From: Candidatus Omnitrophota bacterium | Lineage (GTDB): Bacteria; Omnitrophota; Gorgyraeia; Zapsychrales; Fredricksoniimonadaceae | Direction of reading: 5' to 3' | DNA length: 64,000 bases | Assembly: GCA_903944345.1 (NCBI GenBank) | Contig: CAJARJ010000002.1 | Coordinates: 65,969 to 129,968, forward strand | In this document: positions 20,701 to 31,516 of the stretch, piece after piece | How positions within the stretch are numbered: the first letter of the stretch is position 1 | Layout: each line of letters opens with the position of its first letter | Program-made: the position numbers and the translations under genes | Notes under the pieces: model-generated | Told to the model about the DNA's origin: nothing | The model's database searches: none | The model's input: only the letters and a program-made list of their open reading frames with translations

Positions 20701-21503
20701 GGGTAAATAAGCGTAGGATAGCCCAGTCCGGCCAGCTTGGCCTCCAGAGTTACGGCATCCCGCAGATTGGAAAGACGCCCGACACGAACACGAAAATTGG
20801 TACGGCCGTCGGAAGCGCGCGATTCAACAATAAAAGCATACTCCTGTCGCCGGGTTAGCTCGTCCACCAGGCGCTGGGCCAGGGCCTTGTCCGTAAAAGA
20901 TCCAACCTGCACAGTAAAATACTGCTGCTCCTCGAGCAACTGGCGAGCCACATCGCTTTCAAACGACAAAGGATACTCCTCGGCCAACCGGCGCAATAAC
21001 TCGCCCGCCTTGACCCAACGGGCCAGCTTGAGATTTGCCCGGGCAGCTTTGAGGTAAAACGCACTGGACATGGCCGATCCTCTCCGGCGAGCCAGCGCCC
21101 GTCCGGACTCCTGCAGGGCCTTCTCATAAAAACCCTGTAAATAAAGCGCATCAATCAGTCCGGCCGTAACCTGGTCGGAAAGCTCTTCCTGCAATCGGGA
21201 GGCCTCCAGGCGGCGAAAAACATTCTCGGCTTCGGCATAACGCCCCAGGCGCAAGGCACTCAGACCGGAATAATAACGTAAGGTCGCTTCCTGCTCGGCG
21301 GAAGGACGCTCCTTGAGCAACACTCGGACAATCTCACCAACCCGGACAAAATCCCGGTTCATGAGCGCGGCCTGCAGAGTCGACAGATCTTCCTGAGCGG
21401 CCAAGACACAAAAAGCGCTAAAAAACAGCAGGCCCCCTGCGGACAAGAATCCGGCGATCAATTTTCCTGCAAAAACCGGCACACACACCCCCTTGTAAAA
21501 CAT
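20697..21503 (-). CDS. Exported TPR + SPOR domain protein
   Basis: Signal peptide, TPR-like helices, C-terminal FTVQVGSF...FRVRVG. Confidence 0.85.
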   Translation of the reverse strand: MFYKGVCVPVFAGKLIAGFLSAGGLLFFSAFCVLAAQEDLSTLQAALMNRDFVRVGEIVRVLLKERPSAEQEATLRYYSGLSALRLGRYAEAENVFRRLEASRLQEELSDQVTAGLIDALYLQGFYEKALQESGRALARRRGSAMSSAFYLKAARANLKLARWVKAGELLRRLAEEYPLSFESDVARQLLEEQQYFTVQVGSFTDKALAQRLVDELTRRQEYAFIVESRASDGRTNFRVRVGRLSNLRDAVTLEAKLAGLGYPTLIYP

Positions 21504-21574
21504 AAACCAGGCAACTCCATAGTATACCTTTTACAAATATTTTCAACTGCAAGGAACAAAGCCACTCAGATATA

Positions 21575-22123
21575 TCAACGCAAACGGGTTCTTGAAATCA
21601 CCATAGTGCCGCGCAATTCCAGAAAAGATTCGGAATACTTCTCCAGTCGCAAACTCCGGATCTCCACACGATCACTTGCCGATCCGGTCTCGAACAAAAA
21701 CCGGGCAACCCCTTTCCATCCCCCCTCGAAAGACACCTCAAGCGGATAAATAAAATAATACTCCTCCCCGATCACTGAAGCGGGCTGAATATTGAGAATC
21801 CGCACGCCGGACTTCCTGGCCAGAGCATGAACCCGGGAAGACATCGAAGATATCTCCGCCCCCTCTCCCGATGACCTGCCAAAAACACCAGCCAGAACCC
21901 CAAGCTTCTTTTCATAAAGCTGTTCCCGCGCCAGCTCGGCCCGGGCTTCACGCAGACGAAAAGCGGCCGCTTTAATCTGATCCCGCGTTGCACTGCCATA
22001 ACCCGGCAATCCGTCAGCAAAGAAATTTCTGGCTGCGAAAAACAGACACAACACAACACAGATCAGCGCAATAAATTTTTCACGCGCGGACACCTTGATC
22101 ACAAGTCCTCCTTCATGCGACAA
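21575..22123 (-). CDS. PilO/GspM-like inner-membrane platform protein
   Basis: SAREK plus single TM, coiled coil, YPLEVSFEGGWKGVARFL; last gene of the operon. Confidence 0.7.
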   Translation of the reverse strand: MSHEGGLVIKVSAREKFIALICVVLCLFFAARNFFADGLPGYGSATRDQIKAAAFRLREARAELAREQLYEKKLGVLAGVFGRSSGEGAEISSMSSRVHALARKSGVRILNIQPASVIGEEYYFIYPLEVSFEGGWKGVARFLFETGSASDRVEIRSLRLEKYSESFLELRGTMVISRTRLR

Positions 22124-23544
22124 CTAACACGAAAATAGTCGACCTCGCCACTCTCCAGAACTCGCTTGTTAATGTATTCAATACGGACATCTCCAAACAG
22201 CGGCGAAAGACCCAGCCGCTCGTAAAGAAGGTTAACGGCCTCATGGGCCGGAGAATAGCCTTCCATTGAAATTTCGCCCGCATTGCTGAAATCCAGCACC
22301 GTCAGGACAATATCCTTGCCGACCAGATCCCATATTTCCCTGAGCGCAACCGGAACCCGCATGCCGCCATAGGCCAGCAACTCCAGGCTCTGCACCTGAC
22401 GAGCTTTCTCCTTGACGCGCGCCACCTCCGGCTTTAAACGCAGCAACTCCCCGTTGAGTTGTTCCAGCTGCGCATTTTGCCGGAACCAAGGAACGCTCAG
22501 GACTCCCGCCAGGGACACGGCTCCGGCCAGACCAACCAAAAGCGAACGCCACAGCATCTGCCTGGCTGTTTTACGCAGAGCCTGCTTGCGCTGGTCTTCG
22601 GCCACCAGGTCCACCGGCAAACGACCCGGAAAAAGAGCCGCGCCAGAAACTGCAGCCAAAGAAACCTCTCCGGATAACACTTGCTCCGGCCAGGAAAAAC
22701 GGGAAGCAACAAACTTCTTCCCCGGAAGAGCCGCAACATGAACAGTCATATCCAAAACATGATCGGGCCCGAAAACAAGAACCGGATCGATCCCGGTAAA
22801 AAAACAGTAGATATTCCGGACAGAGCAATCCGGCAAGCCTTCCTTGCCACAAGCCGCAACCGTCAAAGCATACTGTCGGGCCAGCTCACGGCTGCGCGTT
22901 TCCCCTGCCACTCTCTCGTCCAGCAAGGACTGACGGCTGAAAACCAGTGCCTCCGAGCGAATAAAACATGTTTCAACCATTTCGGCATCCGCATCCATAA
23001 CAGCAAAGGCATTCTTGCCTCCGGTCAAAACCCCCCAACCGACCAGACCGACCGAAGAAATCGTCACCTGGCCCGGAAGCACACCTGCCAGCAGACACAC
23101 ATTACGATAACGTTGCACAACAACAGCCGGAACCATAACCGCCAGCAGACGAGTGTACCCGGAAGACATCTTCTCCTGCACCAGATGGTCAATCACCAGC
23201 TCCTCGCGAGTATACGGTGTATGTCCGGCAGCCTGCAACTCCACCATCCGCCGCAGTTCATCGGCATCATGTGAGGGCAAATCAAGCCGCTTGACAAGAG
23301 CATGGCGACGCTCGATCAACAAGATTATTTGATCCCCCGGAAGAGCGAGCTGACGTGCCTGTCGCCATTTGCGCAAAATAGCCGCCAACTCCTCGTCCGT
23401 CAGGCTGTCCAGCGGACAGACTCCGCACCATAACAGGGAGGAGCTTCCTGCGCTGCAACGGGAACGCGCGCCCTTGATAAAACGGGAAGAAATTTCAATA
23501 ACCGTTCTGTAGCCTGTAGCCATAACTGTTAATCCCTGTGCCAA
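22099..23544 (-). CDS. PilM-PilN fusion / GspL-like protein
   Basis: Actin-like N-region (LPSHDADELRRMV...PY), one TM, PilN-like C-terminal domain. Confidence 0.72.
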   Translation of the reverse strand: MAQGLTVMATGYRTVIEISSRFIKGARSRCSAGSSSLLWCGVCPLDSLTDEELAAILRKWRQARQLALPGDQIILLIERRHALVKRLDLPSHDADELRRMVELQAAGHTPYTREELVIDHLVQEKMSSGYTRLLAVMVPAVVVQRYRNVCLLAGVLPGQVTISSVGLVGWGVLTGGKNAFAVMDADAEMVETCFIRSEALVFSRQSLLDERVAGETRSRELARQYALTVAACGKEGLPDCSVRNIYCFFTGIDPVLVFGPDHVLDMTVHVAALPGKKFVASRFSWPEQVLSGEVSLAAVSGAALFPGRLPVDLVAEDQRKQALRKTARQMLWRSLLVGLAGAVSLAGVLSVPWFRQNAQLEQLNGELLRLKPEVARVKEKARQVQSLELLAYGGMRVPVALREIWDLVGKDIVLTVLDFSNAGEISMEGYSPAHEAVNLLYERLGLSPLFGDVRIEYINKRVLESGEVDYFRVSCRMKEDL

Positions 23545-24461
23545 TACAGAATTTGTACACCCTGACGCCCCGCCCCGGAAAGACTGACCACTTCCTCGAT
23601 CGAAAGCCTCATACCACTGGAAGAATCGACGCCTGTCGACCGAATCCGGTATAATGTCCCGGAAGAAGACTTCGACGAAGCCATAACGCCAAGATACGCC
23701 GGCAGAGCGCAGTGCCGTTGTGGATCAACGGAGCGCTCCCGGCATTGCAAAAAGCTGCGGCTGTCCGCCGCGGCATTCGCCCCCACATAAGTGGCCGCAG
23801 CCTGAAACGCCGCCTCGACCAACAAAGCGTCCGCTTCAAAAATATTAAGCTGAAAGACACCTGTCCGTTCGTACGGATAAACTGTCAGCATGCTACGAAG
23901 CCGACGAAAAACCTCTGCGGAGACTCCCGAAACATACAACAACTCCTCAAGCGCATAAAATGGCCGGATTGTTCCTTTGCGCTCCAGGCCATTACGGAAA
24001 TCGATAATGCCGCGCACCCAGGCTTCGCCTTCCCCCGCCGCTACGCGATCCACCAGTAACCGGAGAGTATCGGCCGCAACTCCGGGGCCATCAAGCATAT
24101 TGATGTTATACCGCGCGGCTTCATCGGCCGGCCCCCAGAACATTCCGGAGTCTACGCCTGCCCGTTTAAATCCAACATCAAAATATGTCCCGGATCCCAC
24201 CGACACACCGGCATAAAGTTTCTTGCGCTCGTCATAAGACATTGCACCCGCCTGAGCCTGGACATTATTTTCGTTGAGCAACCTTTGCTCGGTTACCGCC
24301 AGCCCGGAACGTGCGGCGGCATAAGCCCGTAAACGCCCCAGAGAAATCCGCGCAAGGGACAGCTCCTCTGTCCCCAGCCGCCCAAGTCCCAAAGCCAGCA
24401 TCCCGACAAGAAACAGAATCCACAACACAGTAACAAGAATAACGCCGCGCCGGTCTTTCAC
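23529..24461 (-). CDS. gspK: Minor pseudopilin, GspK-like
   Basis: RRGVILVTVLWIL, DEAARYNIN, PFYALEELLYVSGV; GTG start at 24461. Confidence 0.82.
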   Translation of the reverse strand: MKDRRGVILVTVLWILFLVGMLALGLGRLGTEELSLARISLGRLRAYAAARSGLAVTEQRLLNENNVQAQAGAMSYDERKKLYAGVSVGSGTYFDVGFKRAGVDSGMFWGPADEAARYNINMLDGPGVAADTLRLLVDRVAAGEGEAWVRGIIDFRNGLERKGTIRPFYALEELLYVSGVSAEVFRRLRSMLTVYPYERTGVFQLNIFEADALLVEAAFQAAATYVGANAAADSRSFLQCRERSVDPQRHCALPAYLGVMASSKSSSGTLYRIRSTGVDSSSGMRLSIEEVVSLSGAGRQGVQILYWHRD

Positions 24462-25135
24462 ATATCCCCCTGCGCAGCCAGTGTCCGGACAACCGGAAAA
24501 ACATCGACAGTCACTCTCGTCTGCGGCTGAGCAAAAAGCGAACAACGTATCCGCACCACATCCGGCAAATGATCAGCCTTCCATTCATCGCGAAACGCCA
24601 CCCGGCCCTGGACGTCTATTTCCCCGAAGCTGAATTCTGCCCCCGGCCCGGCCAGCCCGGCGGCCACCCCCATAACCTCGACACTACCAGGAACTCGCCG
24701 CCAGAAATCCGGCAAAGCCTGGGAACTCCGCAACAGATAAAGCGATTTGGTTTCTTTGACAGAGTCCCGGGCCAGCTCACGAACATTGGAAAGGTGCCGG
24801 ACTTCCGTCGTCATTGTACGGGCCAGGTCTCCGGAAAAATATTCCACGCGCCGCAAGCCGTCCGGCTGGGCCAGATAAAACATAATCCGGCCACGCTCCC
24901 CTTCGAACGCCACCGTCCGCCCGTCAACAACCTGTGGATAAGCGAAAGCATTCTCGATCTCCCTGGCCAACATGTCAATCCCCAGGCGGATATCACGGGA
25001 AGACGCGTGCAATCTGCGGGCCGACAAATCAAAACGCAAAGCCCCGTGCAAAACTCCATACAATCCCGAGGACAACAACGCAAAAACCAACAGAGCCAGC
25101 AAAAGCTCCACCAGGGTAAACCCTTGACGCCTCAT
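24458..25135 (-). CDS. Minor pseudopilin, GspJ-like
   Basis: N-methylation motif GFTLVELLLAL; C-terminal LPDVVRI. Confidence 0.8.
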   Translation of the reverse strand: MRRQGFTLVELLLALLVFALLSSGLYGVLHGALRFDLSARRLHASSRDIRLGIDMLAREIENAFAYPQVVDGRTVAFEGERGRIMFYLAQPDGLRRVEYFSGDLARTMTTEVRHLSNVRELARDSVKETKSLYLLRSSQALPDFWRRVPGSVEVMGVAAGLAGPGAEFSFGEIDVQGRVAFRDEWKADHLPDVVRIRCSLFAQPQTRVTVDVFPVVRTLAAQGDM

Positions 25136-25512
25136 TCGAGCCCCCTGCCGCTGCTATCACGAACATAGAAAACAAGCGAACGCGACTCCCCTGAAGAACC
25201 GCCGGAATAAAGCGCCAAATGAACCTGCTTTAATCCGCTGATCCCCAGCGGCTCGTCTCTGGAAGTCCGGCGAACCTGCGTACCGGAACATGACCCTTGA
25301 TCCGGCCGCACTCCCGCATAAACCGCCCCGGTACATGTCTGCAAAACAAGAAGCATCTGTGTCATCTGCGCATTGGCGGTTACGGCCCTGCGCTGCATCG
25401 CAAAAGACTGCATGACACCAACCAGTCCGACAGCCAGAACGCCGCAGGCGACCGCCGCTTCAAGCAACAACGATCCTCTACTTACCGTTGTCTTCTTCCC
25501 GGATCGTAACAT
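25132..25512 (-). CDS. Minor pseudopilin, GspI-like
   Basis: RGSLLLEAAVACGVLAVGL prepilin-like motif; start uncertain. Confidence 0.65.
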   Translation of the reverse strand: MLRSGKKTTVSRGSLLLEAAVACGVLAVGLVGVMQSFAMQRRAVTANAQMTQMLLVLQTCTGAVYAGVRPDQGSCSGTQVRRTSRDEPLGISGLKQVHLALYSGGSSGESRSLVFYVRDSSGRGLE

Positions 25513-25951
25513 GCCCGATATACTCCTGGGTTGATATGACAAACCCTGCATCCGCACTTCTTACAAAAAAACGCACACGGTCTATTCGACCATCGGGATA
25601 ACAAAAAACCTCCTGCGGCTGCCCGTAAAAAGAAGCCTTCGCGGGCAAAACACGCACACGGCCCGATGAACCCTCCAGATTCGAGAAAAGCGTACGCTCC
25701 GGAGATTCGGAAAAATCCACCGCCCGAAGTAATACAAACTCCCGGTCAGAAAAGTCCACCTTGTACAGGGTCTGTTCGGTCATGGCCCGCACCCGGGCAT
25801 ATCGCAGAAGATAAACTGTCTCGTCGGCTGCCCGGCGCACCTCACGCAGTTCATGGCTTCGGGAAAACAACGGACTGCCCATTGCCGATACAAGCGCAGT
25901 AATCAAAACAACCAACAATAATTCCGGCAATGTAAACGCCCGAGCATTCAC
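25478..25951 (-). CDS. Minor pseudopilin, GspH/FimT-like
   Basis: AFTLPELLLVVLI, LRYARVRAM, FCYPDG. Confidence 0.8.
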   Translation of the reverse strand: MNARAFTLPELLLVVLITALVSAMGSPLFSRSHELREVRRAADETVYLLRYARVRAMTEQTLYKVDFSDREFVLLRAVDFSESPERTLFSNLEGSSGRVRVLPAKASFYGQPQEVFCYPDGRIDRVRFFVRSADAGFVISTQEYIGHVTIREEDNGK

Positions 25952-26382
25952 TTGACGGGCGCCCAATTGGTCACATCATCCTCGCTGGCCACGCCATCTG
26001 CGCCCAGTGATGAAAGATCATAGGAATCCCGGTTCTTTTCCCCGGGAGACTTGTAAACATATTCCCGACCCCAGGGGTCACGGGGCGTGCGTCTTTTTTT
26101 AAGATACGGCCCCTTCCAGCCCGTCAGCGCAACTCCGGACGAGGGCTTCTCCAGCAAAGACGCCAACCCTTGCTCTGTGGTCGGATAGCGACTATTGTCC
26201 ATATAGAAAAGATCCAGTGCCGTAGACAGATTGGCCTCAATATCCGTCTGGGCAGCTGTCGCCCGCGCCTGCTCGCTGCGCCCGGCTATATTGGGAACAA
26301 CCATTGCCGCCAACACTCCGATAATAATGACCACCAACATGATTTCGATAAGCGTAAACCCTGATTTCCTGTCTGCACTCAT
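25948..26382 (-). CDS. gspG: Major pseudopilin GspG
   Basis: GFTLIEIMLVVIIIGVLAA, YPTTEQGL, WKGPYL, DPWGREY, SLGADG; true start ATG 26382. Confidence 0.95.
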   Translation of the reverse strand: MSADRKSGFTLIEIMLVVIIIGVLAAMVVPNIAGRSEQARATAAQTDIEANLSTALDLFYMDNSRYPTTEQGLASLLEKPSSGVALTGWKGPYLKKRRTPRDPWGREYVYKSPGEKNRDSYDLSSLGADGVASEDDVTNWAPVK

Positions 26383-26396
26383 AACAATCTCCCGGT

Positions 26397-27641
26397 TTAC
26401 TGAATCATCATATTCATCTGAAATAGCGGAAGAAGCATGGCAGCTATCATGGCCCCCACTACTCCGACAACCAGTAAAAGCACCAGTGGCCCCAGAACCG
26501 TCGTAAAAACACCTGCGGTAGCTTCCAGCTCTCTTTCCAGCGACGAGGCCAACTTGAACATCCCCTTGGAAAGCGAACCGGTCGCCTCTCCGACCGCCAC
26601 CATGCTGACCGCCGCCTCCGGCCACAAGGAAGGCTTGTTGCCCAAAGCCCCGGCAAAACTGATCCCGGATTTGACCTCGCGCAAAACATCGGCCAGCTCC
26701 TGCCTAAGGACTGTATTAGAAACCATATCCAGTGCCGTTGCCAGTGCCAGCGGAAGAGGAACTCCGCCTTCCACCAGCATGCCCAGAGCCCGGGCCACCC
26801 GGACAGTCTCCCCGCGCCGAACCAGATCAGAAAGAACCGGAACCCTTAACAAGGCCGTATCCCATAACAAACGTCCCGTGCCTTGTGAGAAATAACGCTT
26901 TCCTGCCAGAACCACCACTACCCCTACAGCAAGCACCAGCCACCAGAAATCCGCCATAAAGCGGCTCATGCCAATAACCAGCTGTGTCGCCATCGGCAAA
27001 GCCGTATCAAAATCTTCAAAAAGTACAACCAGCCTGGGCATCAGTACGGTCAGCATGACAAAAACCGTAAGAACTCCAACCAGCAGAACCATTAATGGAT
27101 ATAGCAGGCTGGCCTGAATTTTTTCCTGCAAAACAACATCTTTCTCCGTCATGCTCTGCATGCTGCTCAAGACCTCCGGCAGTCTGCCGGCAGCCTCTCC
27201 TGAACGCAACATCGGCACATAAATTGCCGGGAAGGCTTGCGGATACGCCGCCAGCGCTGCCGACAAACTCTCGCCGGAAAAAAGCCGCTGACGGATACCG
27301 GAAAGAATCTTCCTGAATTCCGGATGTGACGTGCCCCGCTCCACCAGTTCCACAGCCCCGACCACCGTCACTCCGGCGTCAATCAGATCATAAATCTGCC
27401 GGAGAAACTCGCACAGCTGACGCTGGGAAATCTTCCTGCCCCAGACAAATGCCGGCCTGCCGGAAGAAACTGCACTGCGGCGAACTTGAACCGTCTCTCC
27501 TGCACGGGCAGGACGAATTTCCAAAGGAACATACCCCAAGGCTGTAACCAGTCGTAAAGCCTCCTCGGACGTACCCGCCTCTATAACTCCACGAACCGTC
27601 TCGACAGGGTCCTTTTTGGCAATATAATAAAAACCACCCAT
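26397..27641 (-). CDS. gspF: T2SS inner-membrane platform protein GspF/PilC
   Basis: Two GspF repeats, GEAAGRL, VGEATGSL, three TMs. Confidence 0.92.
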   Translation of the reverse strand: MGGFYYIAKKDPVETVRGVIEAGTSEEALRLVTALGYVPLEIRPARAGETVQVRRSAVSSGRPAFVWGRKISQRQLCEFLRQIYDLIDAGVTVVGAVELVERGTSHPEFRKILSGIRQRLFSGESLSAALAAYPQAFPAIYVPMLRSGEAAGRLPEVLSSMQSMTEKDVVLQEKIQASLLYPLMVLLVGVLTVFVMLTVLMPRLVVLFEDFDTALPMATQLVIGMSRFMADFWWLVLAVGVVVVLAGKRYFSQGTGRLLWDTALLRVPVLSDLVRRGETVRVARALGMLVEGGVPLPLALATALDMVSNTVLRQELADVLREVKSGISFAGALGNKPSLWPEAAVSMVAVGEATGSLSKGMFKLASSLERELEATAGVFTTVLGPLVLLLVVGVVGAMIAAMLLPLFQMNMMIQ

Positions 27642-27650
27642 ACCATGTAC

Positions 27651-29330
27651 CTATTGGATAACCCTTAAAACTTCCTGAGCCGAAGTCAGTCCGGCTCTTA
27701 CTTTCTCCCAGCCATTGCTCCGTAGCGTTTTCATTCCGCGCTGCAAGGCCAGCTGCCGAAGTTCGGCAGCAGAAGCCCGCTGCATGATCAGTCCGCCCAA
27801 CTCATCGTTCATCATCAAAAATTCCGCAATTGCCAGCCGGCCATCATACCCGCTCATCCGGCACGACTTGCAACCGCGGGCCTCGTAAATACCGGACTGA
27901 CACTCTTCTTTCGACAGGGCAAACTCCCGCTCAATCTGTGGCGAAACCGGCACAGCCACCCGACAAAGCGGACACAACCGCCGCACCAGCCGCTGGGCTA
28001 TAACTGTCTGCACTGCCGAAGCAATCAGAAACGGCTCCACTCCCATATCCAGCAGCCGGGCCACACTGCTGGGCGCATCATTGGTATGCAGTGTGGAAAA
28101 AACCAGATGCCCAGTCAAAGCCGACTGAATGGTAATCTGGGCTGTTTCCCGGTCACGAACTTCACCAACCATAAGCATATCCGGGTCATGACGCAACATC
28201 GAACGCAGTGTGGCCGCAAAGGTCAATCCGATCCCGGTATTGGTCTGCACCTGGGTAATCCCCTTGATCTGGGCTTCGACCGGGTCTTCGACCGTGATAA
28301 TCTTGTTCGACTCCGCATTGACCGCCGCCAGACAGGCATACAAAGTTGTTGTTTTACCGGATCCGGTCGGACCGGTCACAAATATAATCCCGTGTGGGCG
28401 GGCTAGGGCATTCTTGAGCCAGACCAGTTCCTGTCCGGTAAACCCCAGCTCTTCAAGGCTGTAAAGCCGCACCGCATTAAGAATACGGATGACCACGCTC
28501 TCACCCAAAGGCGTGGGCAGAAAAGAAACACGTAAGTCCATATCGCGACCTTCAATCTGGACATAAATACGCCCATCCTGAGGTAAACGCTTCTCGGCGA
28601 TATTCAGATTAGCCATAATCTTGATGCGCGAAATCAGAATATCCCGGAAATAGCGCAAATTCTCCGGAGCATTGGCATCCCGCAGGACGCCGTCGATCCG
28701 GTAACGGATACGCAATTCATCCTCAAAAGATTCGATATGAATATCTGAAGCACGGTCATTGTGCGCCTGCAGCAGCATCTGATTAAAGAACCGACTGATG
28801 CTGGCCTCCGAACCGTCCGCATCAATCGCTTCAACCGAAAGACGGTCTTCCTGCTCCTCCCGTCCGGTCATCATCCGATCAACCGCGTCCGCCCCAAGAC
28901 CATAATGAACCCTTAGAGCTTCCAGAACCTCTTTCTCCGAAGCCATCACCGGATTGACACGACACCCCGCAACAAGAGCCACACCATCAATAACTTCAGC
29001 ATCCCGGGGATCGGACATGGCCACACAAAGAACCCGCCCGTCATAGCGTAGAGGCAAAACCTTGAAGTGATTGGCAAACTTGACCGGCAGGCGGGCCAGG
29101 GCTTCCGGCTGAGGAACAATATCCCGAACGTGCTCGAAATCAACGCCGATCTGGTGTGCTGCCAGGGCCAGGGACAGAGATTCTTCCGGCAGCATTCCCG
29201 GCCGGGCCAGAACATCCTCCAGACTGGCTCCGGAAGACTTCTGCAAAACCAATACCTGCTCCAGCTGTTCTGCGGACAACCAGCCTTTCGCAACCAGAAG
29301 CTCTCCGAAAGATCTTTGCAATGACAACAT
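27651..29330 (-). CDS. gspE: T2SS/type IV pilus assembly ATPase GspE/PilB
   Basis: ASDIHIE, EKRLPQDGR, GPTGSGKTTT, LRHDPD, TGHLVFSTLHTN, Zn-binding cysteines. Confidence 0.94.
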   Translation of the reverse strand: MLSLQRSFGELLVAKGWLSAEQLEQVLVLQKSSGASLEDVLARPGMLPEESLSLALAAHQIGVDFEHVRDIVPQPEALARLPVKFANHFKVLPLRYDGRVLCVAMSDPRDAEVIDGVALVAGCRVNPVMASEKEVLEALRVHYGLGADAVDRMMTGREEQEDRLSVEAIDADGSEASISRFFNQMLLQAHNDRASDIHIESFEDELRIRYRIDGVLRDANAPENLRYFRDILISRIKIMANLNIAEKRLPQDGRIYVQIEGRDMDLRVSFLPTPLGESVVIRILNAVRLYSLEELGFTGQELVWLKNALARPHGIIFVTGPTGSGKTTTLYACLAAVNAESNKIITVEDPVEAQIKGITQVQTNTGIGLTFAATLRSMLRHDPDMLMVGEVRDRETAQITIQSALTGHLVFSTLHTNDAPSSVARLLDMGVEPFLIASAVQTVIAQRLVRRLCPLCRVAVPVSPQIEREFALSKEECQSGIYEARGCKSCRMSGYDGRLAIAEFLMMNDELGGLIMQRASAAELRQLALQRGMKTLRSNGWEKVRAGLTSAQEVLRVIQ

Positions 29331-29365
29331 TATGATAGCCCCGGAATATTCTCGTCCAGAAAGAA

Positions 29366-30964
29366 TTAGTACGGTTTATAACCTTTGAGCAGAAAATATG
29401 TATCGGGATCAACCGGGGCATCCCCACTGATAATATGCGGCGTAAGAAAAATAACAATCTCTTCCTTGGTGGTGCTGCGAGTGTCACTGCGAAAGGCCCT
29501 GCCCAGAAAAGGAATATCTCCGAGAACCGGAACGCGGGAATTACCAATAGCCGCATCATCTTTGATCAGTCCGCCAATCACAATGGTCACCCCGTCTTTT
29601 ACCCTGACAGTGGTCTCAACCTCGGAAGTATTGACAATCGGAATCTGGTTCTTCTGCTCACCGGTCGTAATAAACTCGGTTGCGGTAGACACCTCGGGGC
29701 GGATCTTCATGGTGATATAGCCGTCATCATGAATCATTGGCGTGACGTTGAGCTTGACGCCAACATCGATAAAATTTACTGTTTCCGCGGTCGTGGACGG
29801 CCCCGTGGCGCTAACCGTCTGGGAAGTTGTCACATACGGCTGGGTCTTGCCGATATGTATCCGGGCCTCCTGGTTATTGATCACGGCAATGCTCGGTTTG
29901 GAAAGGGTCTTGGTCGTTCCCATCGTGGCCAACGCCTGGATAACAGCCTGGTAGCCATCGCGGCTAAGGGTGCCGATGGTGGCAATCTTGTTAACCGACC
30001 CCAGCTCAAAATCACCGGTCAACTCGACATGATACCGCTCCTGCTGCGGAATCCAGGCTGACCAGTCGACACCCGAATTCTGTCCCTCGCTTAAAGACAG
30101 CTGCACAATCCGGGCCTCAATCAGGGCTTCTTTCTGATGCTTGTCCAGCGACTCGACAACCCGGCGGACACGCTCGACATTCCGGACCGTATCGGTCACC
30201 ACCAGAGCATTGGAAGCCTGGTCAATATCAATTTTTCCGGACTCTTTGGTCATTACGGACACCAGGCTCCGGGCAGCATCTTCAGCCTTGAGATAGCTGA
30301 GTTTAAAGACTTCCGTCCGGGTTTCTTTCTGCGGTTTGTCCAGTGCCGCAATCATCCTGCGCACACGTTCCATATTGACAACCGTATCGGTCACAATCAA
30401 CTCCCCGGAAGCATCGTCGAGCTGGATCGTACCGGTATCTTTGGTCAGGATAGAACCCAGTGCCTTGGCCGCTGTGTCGGCCCCGATATAGTCAAGATTA
30501 AAAAGCTCGGTTTGCATATCAATGCCAAACGCCGCTCCATGCCTTCTTTCGTACTCCTCTGCGCTCATAACCTCGATAATTCCGGAATGCTCCTCATAGG
30601 CAAAACCATTAGACTTAAGGATCAGAGCCAGCACTGCGCGAGCATCCACGTCCTTCAGAAACATGGTCACCCGGCCCTGAACTCCTTTCCCGGCAACAAT
30701 ATTCAGACCTGTCCGCGAAGAGAGCAGGTTAAGCACATCATTGATATCCATATCCTTTAACTGCAGAACATCCAGCCGACCGGAAGGATTCACGGATGGC
30801 AGTTTACGGGTCTGCCCGACAAGGTCTTGCCCCACGACAGCGTCCGGCAAAGGAAAAAATTCATCGGCAACGCTGCTCCCCTCTTCCTGGGCATACACGC
30901 CAACTGTTGCCATCGCTGCACAACAAAGAAAAGCCAGCAAGACTGGCCGCAGGCTAGTGATCAT
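29366..30964 (-). CDS. Secretin GspD/PilQ
   Basis: Signal peptide, N0 and N3 domains, DVGVKLNVTP, VPVLGDIPFLGRAFRS, IFLTPHII. Confidence 0.92.
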   Translation of the reverse strand: MITSLRPVLLAFLCCAAMATVGVYAQEEGSSVADEFFPLPDAVVGQDLVGQTRKLPSVNPSGRLDVLQLKDMDINDVLNLLSSRTGLNIVAGKGVQGRVTMFLKDVDARAVLALILKSNGFAYEEHSGIIEVMSAEEYERRHGAAFGIDMQTELFNLDYIGADTAAKALGSILTKDTGTIQLDDASGELIVTDTVVNMERVRRMIAALDKPQKETRTEVFKLSYLKAEDAARSLVSVMTKESGKIDIDQASNALVVTDTVRNVERVRRVVESLDKHQKEALIEARIVQLSLSEGQNSGVDWSAWIPQQERYHVELTGDFELGSVNKIATIGTLSRDGYQAVIQALATMGTTKTLSKPSIAVINNQEARIHIGKTQPYVTTSQTVSATGPSTTAETVNFIDVGVKLNVTPMIHDDGYITMKIRPEVSTATEFITTGEQKNQIPIVNTSEVETTVRVKDGVTIVIGGLIKDDAAIGNSRVPVLGDIPFLGRAFRSDTRSTTKEEIVIFLTPHIISGDAPVDPDTYFLLKGYKPY

Positions 30965-31443
30965 TGTGCCCCCTCCAGCGTAATACGATATTGCTGTCCC
31001 ATATACTCCAGCTGCACTTGCTCCGTCGATATGCTCAGCACCGAAAGACCTCCTTCTTGACGACCTTCGGAAATAAAATACGTCTTTCCGGCCGGCAAAT
31101 CCTCAACAACAATCTGCGGAAAACTGTCCACCACAACTCCTGCCAGACGAAAACGCCCGGGCAACGAGGAAGGCATGTTTTTACTTTCCGGTGGCGAGCT
31201 GACGGCAACCGGCGTTACGTGACTGAAGATATCCCGGCCTTCCTCGGGAAAAACAAATTCTTCTACAGTCCATTCATTATAAACGGCAGCATCAAGCTCG
31301 ATATCCGAAGAAATGGCCGGCAGCTCCGGCTCCACGACCAACTGCCCGGAACGGAAATAAAGCCATCCCCCGTAAACAGCAGCTATCAGCAGGCAAAGAA
31401 GCCCGACTCGCTCAATCAGGGAAACAAAAAAGTTTTTTTTCAT
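30961..31443 (-). CDS. GspC/PilP-like single-TM protein
   Basis: One TM, RDIF, FRLAGVV...YFISEG HR-domain-like segment; first gene of the operon. Confidence 0.6.
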   Translation of the reverse strand: MKKNFFVSLIERVGLLCLLIAAVYGGWLYFRSGQLVVEPELPAISSDIELDAAVYNEWTVEEFVFPEEGRDIFSHVTPVAVSSPPESKNMPSSLPGRFRLAGVVVDSFPQIVVEDLPAGKTYFISEGRQEGGLSVLSISTEQVQLEYMGQQYRITLEGAQ

Positions 31444-31516
31444 TTTGAGATTTCGACCCGAATCTATTATAAATTCATTCGCTGCTTAAGAAAGGAATTA
31501 TCCAGAAAAAAACACA

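Noticed and set aside
25948-26625. 225 aa version of GspG, and similar N-terminal extensions of gspK, grpE, bamD, gldA and hflX in the ORF track
   Set aside because: The extensions overlap upstream genes; downstream starts fit family lengths and, where visible, RBS position.
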